The notes under the pieces: model-generated | Told to the model about the DNA's origin: nothing | Seen by the model: only the letters and a program-made list of their open reading frames with translations | Databases searched by the model: none | Part shown: positions 55,474 through 64,000 of the stretch, one piece after another | How positions within the stretch are numbered: position 1 is the stretch's first letter | How the letters are laid out: each line of letters begins with the position of its first letter | Origin: an uncultured Rhizobium sp. | GTDB taxonomy: Bacteria; Pseudomonadota; Alphaproteobacteria; Caulobacterales; Hyphomonadaceae | Direction of reading: 5' to 3' | DNA: 64,000 bases | NCBI GenBank assembly: GCA_964529555.1 | Contig: CAZGWV010000001.1 | Span: 24,592-88,591 of the forward strand | Translations under genes and position numbers: made by a program

Positions 55474-58400
55474 TCATTCGTCCAGGATTTCACCTTCGCG
55501 TACGGACTTTTCGATCTCTTGCTCCGCCGACCGGTGAAGTTTGGCGTACAGCGCATGCGCCGGCGACGTTTTGGGTACCGTGACCAGCGCCTCACCGGAT
55601 TTGTCGCGTTGCTGGACGTCCTCTGTCATCGGCTGACCGACGGTTCCGCTCCGCATACCTGAGACAGCCGACGCATAGAGATCGGAAATCATGTCGCTGG
55701 TCGTCAGTACCCCGATAATAGCGCAACGCTCGAGCAGCTGCTCCACGAAAGCCTTCTCGTCGTAGACAAACGTGCGCGGCGCCTCACGCAAAAGCAGGCC
55801 TATCAGCTGCAGGTCATCTGAACTTGCCGTAGGAATCTTAGTCTTGAAGAAGGCGGCCGCGCGCCCAAATGCACCCCTAGCAAGGCCCTCGAATACGCTG
55901 CCGACATGGTTGGTGAAATAGAAGTCGTTGCGCTTCGGATGCGCTCGCATCCACTGCCAGGTCCGTTCGAGAAGCTCTGTCGATCTTGACGTTTCGAATA
56001 CTTGGACATTGGCGTGCGTCCAGGGCCCGTAGTTGATCGGCCGGTGGTCGAAGGACTGCAGTTCAATGGCGTCATCGAGACGTGTCAGGACGAAATCCAG
56101 AAACTGGTCGGAAAACGCGGTCGACACATAGGTGAGGAACCCCTCCAACCATGCGCCGTCGAGTGTGGGCAGCGGTCGGAGTATGGCGAGAAATCTGACT
56201 ATATCGTCAGATGTCAGGAGCTCGCGCTTGCCGCTCTTCTGATCGGCAAAGAACAGGAAGAGATCGTCAGCCAGTCTGGGGGAGGCATGTATTTCCGCTG
56301 ACGACAAGAGGTCTATCGCCTGTCGAGGCGTCAGGCCCTTCCACTGCCAGATCGTTCGAATTGCGCCTACCACCGCCGAAGGATTTGCAGATGCGATCGC
56401 CGCCTGAAGGAGGGCGATGTCTTCACGATCTGCCTGCCGTCCGGTCCATCCGAGCGCGCTGGCGGCTGCCTGCGCCAACACGTGTTCCGGGCGCTGCAGG
56501 AATCGCAATGCGAACGCTCGGCCTTCCGCCGGGTCGGCAGCCATGATCTTGCCGAGCGCCGTGGCGGCGAACTGGCTGGTGATGGAGGCGGGACCTGCTT
56601 CGGCGTCTGTCACGATCGCACGTGCGAGATCGATGTCGGTGTCGAGAAGCGGGAAGACGATTCCTCCGCCGTTCGAGATGTTATCGCCGGCGGTAGCGAG
56701 TTGGCTCAGCGACTCGTCTAGCACATCGCGCAACGCGGCGCCGGAAAACTGGGCTCGGAGGTCGGTTGTCAAACTACGAAGCCATTCTTCCTGGCGCTCG
56801 AACCACCCATCGGCAAATGGACGACCGGTGAGCAATGCTTCGCCGCCGCCACTGAGCGCGGTTAACAGGCGAAACTCCATGGACTTTGGCGTTGCTCCAA
56901 GGACCTTGATGGCCGCCAACTTCAGAGCGCCGGCGCCATACTGCGCGTGCCACAGCACCGACCTTGAGATTCCTAGCGCCGCAATATCCGTTACGGCCCC
57001 GGACTCAAGAAGAGCTTTGAGCGATTCCATCGTGCCTTGAAATTCACGCCGGTACTTGGCCAAGAGCGTGCGGCTGGTGGCATTGTGAGGCCGTCTCAGC
57101 GCCGATTGCATCGTCGTGGCTGCCCGAGAGACCGCTTTCGGCGAGGGACTGACGAGCAGTTGAAGCAGTTTCTCGATCAGACGCCGTCTTAGCGGCGCCA
57201 CGACATCGTAGTTCACGAGAAACTGGGTGATCGAGAACTTCCGGCCGTGATCGCGGGTCGTTGACCCTTCGCCGCTCAGAACAGGTCGCACAATATCGAG
57301 GGGAGAGTAGTGGTGGTCCCACGCGCCGGGTCGATCCATAAGCGACAAGCCGAACTCAAACACACGTTCGCTGAAGACGAGCGGCTTGCGCTCCTCGAAA
57401 CCGCAAAGCTCACTGAGGACTCTTATCGCGTGTCCCGGGTTCGGACCCGTTTCGCGCTTGTCGTCTCGGCCCAGGCTCCACAGCAGCTCGCAAACTTCGT
57501 CGACGAACTGGAAATTGTAGCTGACATAGCGAAGTGTCGTGCTCAGACGGTCAAATGTTTTGCCCTCGCGGATTCGCGCCGAGACGAAATCGAGCGCTTG
57601 TCGCGGTTGATAGACGGCGACCGCCTCGATTGCTTCCAGGCGGGGGTCATACGGGTTCTCGATATCCGACAGTCCGTCCCAGACCTCCTGCAGCAGCGTG
57701 CTGTCAGATGGGTTTCCGCTTCTGAGGCGCCAGTCCATGCGGCAGAGATTGATGAGCAAGTTCCGCAGGTACCCTGTCTTCACCTGCGAGAAGGCTTTCA
57801 GAGCGAACGGCGCCAACCTGCCGGTCGCGGTGAGGCAGCTCTGTTCGATAAGATAGTCGCCCAGCAGGTCCGGCATCAGTCGATACTGGTTGCGCCTTCC
57901 GTAGATGACCCCGCCTTCCGCCAGAAGCTTCAGCAGGCGTGGCGCGTCAACGGGATCGACACCGGTCAAGACATGAAGGAGTTCATGAAGTCCGGGATCC
58001 TCGATGTGGAATGGCTGCACGAGAGCAAGGACATACAGGACTTTCCTCATTGGGCCGTGGTCTTCCTGACCACCGAGGTGCTCGACGCTGGAAGTTGCAA
58101 ACTTCGCGAGAATCATGCCGCGAAGCTCGTCGCTGTTCTTGGCTCGCTCGAATGGCCACTTTTCTTGCGCGACGATCTTCCCCGCCATGACCGTCACCAA
58201 CGGACAATCCAGCGTCGCTCCAACGATGCTGTCGCTGAGCGCGGCCGGAGCGCCGAAGTGCGTTAGAGCTTGGATGGCAAGATTTTGCACAGCCTCCGGC
58301 GCCAGGCTCTCCAGTTTCAGCACCACAGGATCGAGTACGGAAAGCTGCGCAGCTTCCCGACGAATGCGGGCGAGCGCGTAGGGGCGCGTCGCCAGGACGA

Positions 58401-59502
58401 GCGTCGCGTTGTTTGCAGCTGTACAGGCAAGCTGGATGAGATCCGCCAGTCGCTCGCGGTTGTGGGCATCATCCACAACGAGGATCTTCTTGCCCTTCCC
58501 GAGGGCTTCGAGACTCTTGGGTACTGGATCGCCATTGGGAGACAGGAATCGGGTCAGGGTCTTCCCGTCGCTGGGAGCAACCTGGCCAGTCGCTTCCTTC
58601 AAGAGCCTGGATTTGCCGGCGCCGCCAGGCGCCACGAGGATGATTATCTTCTTTTTGTCGTCCGCAATTGCCTGGCCGAACGCCGCAAGCTCTGCATCTC
58701 GTCCCGTCAGTAGCCATGAATGGCTCAGAGCGACGTCCTTACCTTCAAAGGGTGCGAAAAACTCCGCGCTCGTCATCCAGGGACTGGCCTCCGTGCGGCC
58801 GAGCAGGGCGAGGCGCTGTCCGGCGAAGAAGATGTCGACCAGACGATCCTGCTGATCCTCGGTCAAATCCATGCGCACGATGCGGGAGAGGTCGTTCCTG
58901 TCGAGGATATTCCACCCCGGTGTCGATCGTATCAGGTTCGCGGTTTGCGGACTCGCGACGCGGCTGAGGACAATGTGCTTGCGATCCGCGAGCGCGATAT
59001 GAGCCTCGATCGCGTCGCGAGCGTCTCCGGGCCCAAACTGCTTCACGCGTTTGCACTGGAAGCTGAGCACTTGTCCGTCGGCGGTGTCGACGCGGATGTC
59101 GAGGCCATCCTGCGTGTGACCAGACGTTCCCGCACGCCTGACGGCCTGGTCGCCAAACTTCGCATGCAGAACGTATTCAATGAAGCTTTCAAATGTGTCG
59201 GGATCGAGCTGGTCGACCGGGAACGGCTTTGCGAAACTCAAAGTCGCTGGAGAAGAGGTGCTGTGGCCGAGCGCGGCCGACAGATCCTGGGGGGCGATAT
59301 CGAGAAGTCGCGCCAGTTTCGGGAGTTGCGCAGGCCGGGGCTTGGTCGCTCCAGACTCCCACCGCCGCACGGAATCTGCGGAGCAGCCCATAGCCTTGGC
59401 GAAAGCTTCTTCAGTCTGAAACCCCGCTGCCCGTCTCGCCGTTGCGAGATAGGTCGCGGGGTCGAATTGGTCTTGGTCCTGATTCACGGTCGTCCTGTGC
59501 AC
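55474..59502 (-). CDS. Giant HTH(XRE) + Mrr-like restriction-endonuclease-fold + P-loop NTPase + helical-repeat protein; candidate defence protein
   Basis: 1342 aa. aa ~25-75 EEAFAKAMGCSADSVRRWESGATKPRPAQLPKLARLLDI (XRE HTH). aa ~100-160 FESFIEYVLHAKFGDQAVRRAGTSGHTQDGLDIRVD...LSFQCKR (Mrr_cat-like D...QxK). Walker A IILVAPGGAGKSRLL, Walker B KILVVDDAHN. ~900-aa HEAT/ARM-like tail. Confidence 0.7.
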   Translation of the reverse strand: MHRTTVNQDQDQFDPATYLATARRAAGFQTEEAFAKAMGCSADSVRRWESGATKPRPAQLPKLARLLDIAPQDLSAALGHSTSSPATLSFAKPFPVDQLDPDTFESFIEYVLHAKFGDQAVRRAGTSGHTQDGLDIRVDTADGQVLSFQCKRVKQFGPGDARDAIEAHIALADRKHIVLSRVASPQTANLIRSTPGWNILDRNDLSRIVRMDLTEDQQDRLVDIFFAGQRLALLGRTEASPWMTSAEFFAPFEGKDVALSHSWLLTGRDAELAAFGQAIADDKKKIIILVAPGGAGKSRLLKEATGQVAPSDGKTLTRFLSPNGDPVPKSLEALGKGKKILVVDDAHNRERLADLIQLACTAANNATLVLATRPYALARIRREAAQLSVLDPVVLKLESLAPEAVQNLAIQALTHFGAPAALSDSIVGATLDCPLVTVMAGKIVAQEKWPFERAKNSDELRGMILAKFATSSVEHLGGQEDHGPMRKVLYVLALVQPFHIEDPGLHELLHVLTGVDPVDAPRLLKLLAEGGVIYGRRNQYRLMPDLLGDYLIEQSCLTATGRLAPFALKAFSQVKTGYLRNLLINLCRMDWRLRSGNPSDSTLLQEVWDGLSDIENPYDPRLEAIEAVAVYQPRQALDFVSARIREGKTFDRLSTTLRYVSYNFQFVDEVCELLWSLGRDDKRETGPNPGHAIRVLSELCGFEERKPLVFSERVFEFGLSLMDRPGAWDHHYSPLDIVRPVLSGEGSTTRDHGRKFSITQFLVNYDVVAPLRRRLIEKLLQLLVSPSPKAVSRAATTMQSALRRPHNATSRTLLAKYRREFQGTMESLKALLESGAVTDIAALGISRSVLWHAQYGAGALKLAAIKVLGATPKSMEFRLLTALSGGGEALLTGRPFADGWFERQEEWLRSLTTDLRAQFSGAALRDVLDESLSQLATAGDNISNGGGIVFPLLDTDIDLARAIVTDAEAGPASITSQFAATALGKIMAADPAEGRAFALRFLQRPEHVLAQAAASALGWTGRQADREDIALLQAAIASANPSAVVGAIRTIWQWKGLTPRQAIDLLSSAEIHASPRLADDLFLFFADQKSGKRELLTSDDIVRFLAILRPLPTLDGAWLEGFLTYVSTAFSDQFLDFVLTRLDDAIELQSFDHRPINYGPWTHANVQVFETSRSTELLERTWQWMRAHPKRNDFYFTNHVGSVFEGLARGAFGRAAAFFKTKIPTASSDDLQLIGLLLREAPRTFVYDEKAFVEQLLERCAIIGVLTTSDMISDLYASAVSGMRSGTVGQPMTEDVQQRDKSGEALVTVPKTSPAHALYAKLHRSAEQEIEKSVREGEILDE

Positions 59503-60580
59503 ATTCGGGTTTAGTCAGCGTCGCATCACACCAAATTATCATTCCTCTATCGGGTTGTGAGGGCGGTCGAGGTGTCGAGATCAGACTGACACAGGGTGTT
59601 GCCGCGAGAATCCTGTTCGTGACGTGCAGAAAGCTGCCTTGCGTCGGCGGGCTTGCAGGAGTTTGTGGCCCCGAGCTGACGCCGCCTGCTCCGGCAAAAA
59701 GGTCGAGAACATTGCTTCCCCTGACGCCGCCTTTCATTTGCTTCGAAGTTCTTTGGCGACCCGCTACGCGGCCGGGCTTTAGGCTTCGCCCCGAGCCAAG
59801 GCGTCTCGGCCCTGCGGGTAACTATCCCTGTCGCGATTTTCTCACGAACCATGGAGCACCCAGGCGCCGACACCTGCCGCAACGACTGTCGCTATGGCCG
59901 CTATCGTGGCAACCGCGATGGCGCTAGATCGGTTGATCTTCGCCACCTCCACGGAAGCTTCCGCCTCCGTCAGGGGAGGTGGTTTGGGAGGCGGTGTGGT
60001 GCGCTTTCGCCGGCTCATCGTGTCGTCCCTTGGACGTCCCGGCCAGTGATTCGGCCGAACGTCTGCCTGAGTGTCCCCCCGGTTGAGGGGGACGCGGATT
60101 GACGATCGGACCTTGGCCGCTCGATCTCCACGCACCGGATCGTGCAGGTGAGTCGCGCAGGCGCTGCTTAGCGGACCAATCGCTGCTCCAGGCATTCTGA
60201 CCCGCGATTTTGAGACGGGGATAAGCTTACCCGTCCACCGGCATAACTCTCGACCGCATCTACGATTTTTGACGATTCTCGAAGTATGTTCGCGGCGGCT
60301 GGCGAATTTCGAAAGCGGCCACAATCCGCCGTTCATATGATCGACGCCCAGAGCGATCTTCGCTCACCAACGCATCGCCGCCGGGGTCACGCTTGCTTTT
60401 GACGCCCATCACGCGGCCGGCGCATGCCCGCTCAAGGGGCCGAGGCTTCGCGCTGCGCGCTGCAGGCCGCACCAACCCCTTGCGCGGTCACCGCTGCGCT
60501 TGCTTTCCGGCCGCTTCCGAGGGGCGTCGCAAGCGCGACCCCGGCGGGGCTGATCCTGCGGGAGAGCAAGGAAGACCAAG

Positions 60581-61000
60581 ATGGACCGCGCCTCATTTGA
60601 ACTCATCGGCAATGTCGGCAAGCTCGAGATCAAGCCGACCAAGGGCGACAAGAAACTCGCAATCATCTCGATCGCCACGTCCGAGCGCTGGAAAGCCGAA
60701 GGCGGCGAGTGGACCGAGAAGACCTATTGGCATCGGGTCGTCGTTTTCGCCCCGGCGAAGGTCACCCTGATCGAAAAGGCGGTCCAGAAAGGCACCCGCC
60801 TCCGCCTCGTCGGGCAGATCCGTCCCGGCTCCTGGGAAGATGAGCGCGGTAATACCCGCTACTCGGTCGAGTTCGTGGTGTCCGGCTTCGGCGAGGTCGA
60901 GATCATCGCGCGCGGCAAGCCGAAGTCCGAAGAGGCCCCTGCCGAAGAGGCCGGGGCCTCTGCGAAGGCCGGCAAAACCTCCCGGAAGAAAGCGGCCTGA
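60581..61000 (+). CDS. ssb: Single-stranded DNA-binding protein (OB fold)
   Basis: 139 aa. FELIGNVGKLEIKPT...AIISIATSERWK...TEKTYWHRVVVF...KGTRLRLVGQIR...W.D..GNTRYSVEFVV is an SSB-type OB-fold pattern. Acidic/Lys-rich tail. Confidence 0.85.
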   Translation: MDRASFELIGNVGKLEIKPTKGDKKLAIISIATSERWKAEGGEWTEKTYWHRVVVFAPAKVTLIEKAVQKGTRLRLVGQIRPGSWEDERGNTRYSVEFVVSGFGEVEIIARGKPKSEEAPAEEAGASAKAGKTSRKKAA

Positions 61001-61072
61001 CCGCCGGGCCGGCGGCCGAGGCCGCCGGCCACTCCTTCCTTCAATCAGCTCCATTTTTTCAGGGAGGTCGCC

Positions 61073-61981
61073 ATGACCGCCAACGCCAACCTGCAATCTC
61101 TTCACGACACCGTCACCGCCCGCATCATCGCAGAACTCGAGCAGGGCCGCTTCCCCTGGGTCCAGCCCTGGACGTCGTTCGGAACGACGCCACTGGGATT
61201 GCCGGAGAATGCGTCAACCGGCCGGTCCTATTCCGGGATCAACATCCTGCTGCTCTGGTCTGCAGCCATTGAACAGGGAAGGCCGTCCCAGCGCTGGTTG
61301 ACCTTCAAGCAGGCGCTCGCCATGGGCGGGGCGGTGCGCAAGGGCGAGAAGGGGACGATGGTCGTTTATGCCGATACCTTTGTTCCGAAGGCCGAAGCGG
61401 AGAAGGCGGCTTCGTCAGGGGAGGAGGCGCGGCGCGTCGGCTTCCTGAAGCGGGTCGCGGTCTTCCATGTCGATCAATGCGACGGCCTTCCCGTCGGTCC
61501 CGATCCTGTGCCGCTCCCTGGCCGGACCGAGGTCCTGCCGCATGTTGAGGCCGTCATCGCGGCCACGAAGGCCGACTTCAGGATCGGCGGGGATATGGCG
61601 TTCTATTCGCCATCTCACGACTTCATCCAGGTCCCGCCGCAGGAGGCCTACTTCGAGCCGATCAACTGGTACCGGACCAAGCTTCATGAGCTGGGTCACT
61701 GGACCGGTCACGTCTCTCGCCTCGACCGGAATTTTACGGGCCGGTTCGGTAAGGAAGCCTACGCACGTGAGGAGCTCGTCGCTGAACTCTGCTCGGCATT
61801 TCTGTGCGCCGAGTTGGGCATTGCTCCGACCGTCCGTCATGCGGACTATCTCGGCGCATGGCGGGACGTCCTGAAGGGCGACAACCGGGCAATCTTTCAG
61901 GCTGCGTCACTTGCCTCGAAGGCGGCCGATTTCATTTCCGGTCGGCAGGCGAGCGAGGGAAGGGCGGGGGGCGCCTCCTAA
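61073..61981 (+). CDS. ardC: ArdC-like antirestriction protein (ssDNA-binding N-domain + zincin metalloprotease)
   Basis: 302 aa. N-terminal ...GRFPWVQPW...YSGINILLLW (ArdC_N/DUF1738-type) and a C-terminal HELGHWTGH zinc motif. Typical neighbour of ssb/parB in ICE leading regions. Confidence 0.85.
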   Translation: MTANANLQSLHDTVTARIIAELEQGRFPWVQPWTSFGTTPLGLPENASTGRSYSGINILLLWSAAIEQGRPSQRWLTFKQALAMGGAVRKGEKGTMVVYADTFVPKAEAEKAASSGEEARRVGFLKRVAVFHVDQCDGLPVGPDPVPLPGRTEVLPHVEAVIAATKADFRIGGDMAFYSPSHDFIQVPPQEAYFEPINWYRTKLHELGHWTGHVSRLDRNFTGRFGKEAYAREELVAELCSAFLCAELGIAPTVRHADYLGAWRDVLKGDNRAIFQAASLASKAADFISGRQASEGRAGGAS

Positions 61982-63021
61982 GGCGCCACGTCAATAAGGG
62001 CCGCATAGAGCGACGCCACAACCTGATCGCCCGCGGCGTACTGTCGGTTGCGCCCTGTGGGCTTGTCGGCGCGCAGCACGCCGGCAGTCTCCAGGCGTGA
62101 CAGCTGAGTTGAGACCGCTCCGGAGGCAAGGTCGGTGGCCTCAGCTATTGCGCCGGAGGCCACGGGTAAGCCTAGCCGGATGGATTCGGCCCAAACCAGC
62201 CGCGACTGCGGCGCCAGGCCAGCAAGCGTTTCGGACAGGAATGGCGCCGCGAACTCGGCCGTCCAACGAACGAGGTCGGCAAGTTCGCTATCAGGGTCGG
62301 TGGCGAGTGCGGTGGCGGCGGCATCAATCAGCGCCGGACGCCCTTCCCAGGTCGCTCGCAGAGCCTGCAGGGTTGAGAGGCTTACCTTGTTGAGGGCAAG
62401 CCGAGCTCCCAGCGATGCAACACCTTCCTCTGTGTAGCCCCGAGGTATGAGGCGGCGGAAGAATTCGTAGAAGGCCGCATCCCGATCCGGACGCCAGGTG
62501 ATGGAAGCGGTCGCAATGAGCGCGAGGGGTTGGGTTTGCAGGATGTTGCGGAAGGCCCAATGATCGTCTGGCGGCAGACCGGACACCAAGCGATCCAGAT
62601 AGGGAACGAGCAGTGTTAGACGGCCATGCTTTTTGAATGTCTCCCGCATGAGATCGTCAATCTCATCTCTCCACACGGACGAGGCGTAAGAGCGGCGACG
62701 CAGGTTGAGGTCGGCCCGCCCCAGACCGTGAGGGGCTCCTGAATTGCCTGCGGCCGATAGAATCGCTTCTGCAAGAGATGGCCAGTCGGTGATGCTGTCA
62801 GGGCGATACTGCAGACGCGCCGTTGCGCCCCCCTCGTTCCGTAGGTCTCGGTAGATCACGTCAAGCAGGCGTGCGGCGCCGTATCCGGGTTGGTCATCGA
62901 TCACGACGCCCTGAATCGGCGCCGCCGCGGACGACTCATGGCGCCGGATGATCTCCATGAGGCGCGCAGCCTCATGTTGCCAAATGGAGCCGCCAGTCAG
63001 GGTGGATGCGCGGCGGCTCAT
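61978..63021 (-). CDS. Degenerate ATPase-like protein with C-terminal winged-HTH
   Basis: 347 aa. The stop overlaps the ardC end convergently, and the start overlaps the upstream ATPase stop (ATGA). No intact Walker A (VVIDDQPGYGAARLL). C-terminal GAIAEATDLASGAVSTQLSRLETAGVLR is ArsR/MarR-type wHTH. Confidence 0.5.
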   Translation of the reverse strand: MSRRASTLTGGSIWQHEAARLMEIIRRHESSAAAPIQGVVIDDQPGYGAARLLDVIYRDLRNEGGATARLQYRPDSITDWPSLAEAILSAAGNSGAPHGLGRADLNLRRRSYASSVWRDEIDDLMRETFKKHGRLTLLVPYLDRLVSGLPPDDHWAFRNILQTQPLALIATASITWRPDRDAAFYEFFRRLIPRGYTEEGVASLGARLALNKVSLSTLQALRATWEGRPALIDAAATALATDPDSELADLVRWTAEFAAPFLSETLAGLAPQSRLVWAESIRLGLPVASGAIAEATDLASGAVSTQLSRLETAGVLRADKPTGRNRQYAAGDQVVASLYAALIDVAP

Positions 63022-64000
63022 GACTTGGATGATCCAGCATAATCGAGCTGAAGCTTGCGTCTTACTAAGCCTGTCAAAGGCTGTAGCGAGCGCGGAGTTA
63101 TGAATTGCAGGAAACTGAGCGTGGCGAGTCTTTGGCCAGCTCGTGCAAAGTCATGTTCAGCAAGGCGGCCTGAAGATCGGTCGGACGCCTCGGTGAGCGT
63201 GAGTTTGTTGGCTCCGAGGCCAAACGCGTGAAGGAGTTGTCGAGCTGCGTCGAATTCGCGCGACGACACGACTTCCTTGACGCGCTTCTCGATTGGCTCG
63301 GGGCCATACATTCGCAAGGTCAGGTCATCGAGAACCCGTTCAATGCTTGTTGGCGAGAGATCGCCGAGCTGGTCGATTGCAAAGAGTACTGACAGGACTT
63401 CATAGGGCCAGGCGGGTGCGAGCAGTTGCGCCAAGGTTCGTGGAAAGTCCCCGTCAGTGTACCTGTTGGTTGGAGAAGTGTTTCGAATGAACGTCTCGAC
63501 GATGTCGGCGGGCCAAGGGGCGAGGTGCAGGACGCGGTAGCCCGGGAAGGTTCGCGAAGGCGTGGTGTTCGAGTTGTCGGCAATACTCAGGGCCGCAGGG
63601 TCGCTGCAGAGTACGAGAGACAGCTTCGGGCGAGACGATTGGAGGATACCTAAGAAATGCGTCCAAAAATCCCCGTCGCGTCCTATCGCGAAGTCGAAGT
63701 CGTCGATGAATAGGACGAACGCTTCCTCCGGGAACACCGCGTCGATCGCTTCGCGAAAACCCTCTTGAATGTGGAATAACGTCGAGCGCACCTGACGTTC
63801 GACGGCAGCGTCAGGCCGCGGCTTGGTGGAAGCGATTATCCTAAGGAGATCCCACACCTCCATTCTGGCGGTCATGCTGATGATGGTGTGGTCACGCTGG
63901 CATGCGTTCGCGATCGCCCGCATCAGCGTCGTTTTGCCGGAACGGCGTGGTCCCAGGATTAGCGCGCTATCGCCTGCCTTGATGGTCGCGAGACCGTCGG
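63018..64000 (-). CDS. P-loop ATPase (archaeal-ATPase/ORC-like), 5' end beyond the window edge
   Basis: The frame stays open upstream of the tracked Met (63923) to the window edge. My translation of 63924-64000 gives DGLATIKAGDSALILGPRRSGKTTLM (Walker A). Walker B-like VLFIDDFDF lies further on. Confidence 0.65.
   Translation of the reverse strand, partial: DGLATIKAGDSALILGPRRSGKTTLMRAIANACQRDHTIISMTARMEVWDLLRIIASTKPRPDAAVERQVRSTLFHIQEGFREAIDAVFPEEAFVLFIDDFDFAIGRDGDFWTHFLGILQSSRPKLSLVLCSDPAALSIADNSNTTPSRTFPGYRVLHLAPWPADIVETFIRNTSPTNRYTDGDFPRTLAQLLAPAWPYEVLSVLFAIDQLGDLSPTSIERVLDDLTLRMYGPEPIEKRVKEVVSSREFDAARQLLHAFGLGANKLTLTEASDRSSGRLAEHDFARAGQRLATLSFLQFITPRSLQPLTGLVRRKLQLDYAGSSKS

Noticed and set aside
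1-64000. CRISPR arrays, tRNA or rRNA genes, att-type direct repeats marking ICE ends
   Set aside because: No short regularly spaced repeats, cloverleaf-like segments or rRNA-like sequence were noticed. ICE boundaries and the integrase appear to lie outside the window.

Overview
High-GC (by eye roughly 63-65%) alphaproteobacterial-type DNA lying entirely inside a Trb-type conjugative element (ICE or plasmid). (i) 1-9216: transfer backbone. The minus strand carries trbJ(partial)-trbE-trbD-trbC-trbB-RHH regulator-traG; lysR and the TraF signal peptidase follow on the plus strand. (ii) 9307-46720: a ~37 kb cargo island. It holds four Rhs polymorphic-toxin loci (A 9307-17681, B 27646-35534, C 36628-42671, D 43110-46720) and a complete 11-gene type II secretion (gsp-like) cluster (17948-27332). 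Loci A and B are mirror images flanking the T2SS genes. Each has a full-length signal-peptide Rhs, an AT-rich putative immunity gene, and a downstream orphan rhs C-terminal cassette with its own putative immunity gene. Every locus also carries the same two small secreted accessory genes: a YD-repeat + cadherin-like protein of ~145-175 aa and a ~95-110 aa two-Cys protein. I cannot assign either to a named family. IS3- and IS66-family debris sits at 33441-33563 and 35596-36543. Locus D is 3'-truncated and fused tail-to-tail to a truncated imuB. (iii) 46715-47804: truncated imuB and imuA with an alphaproteobacterial GTTC-N7-GTTC SOS box. (iv) 47964-64000: ICE maintenance genes (ParB-like, SSB, ArdC) interleaved with three candidate defence modules. 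These are a Cap4-like-nuclease/NACHT-like giant protein plus partner ORF, an HTH/Mrr-like-nuclease/P-loop giant protein, and two overlapping ATPase/wHTH genes running off the right edge. No rRNA, tRNA or CRISPR array was seen. The most unusual observation is the apparent coupling of Sec-signal Rhs toxins and two unnamed accessory families to a mobile T2SS, with no T6SS/PAAR/VgrG, TpsB or Tc components anywhere in the window.
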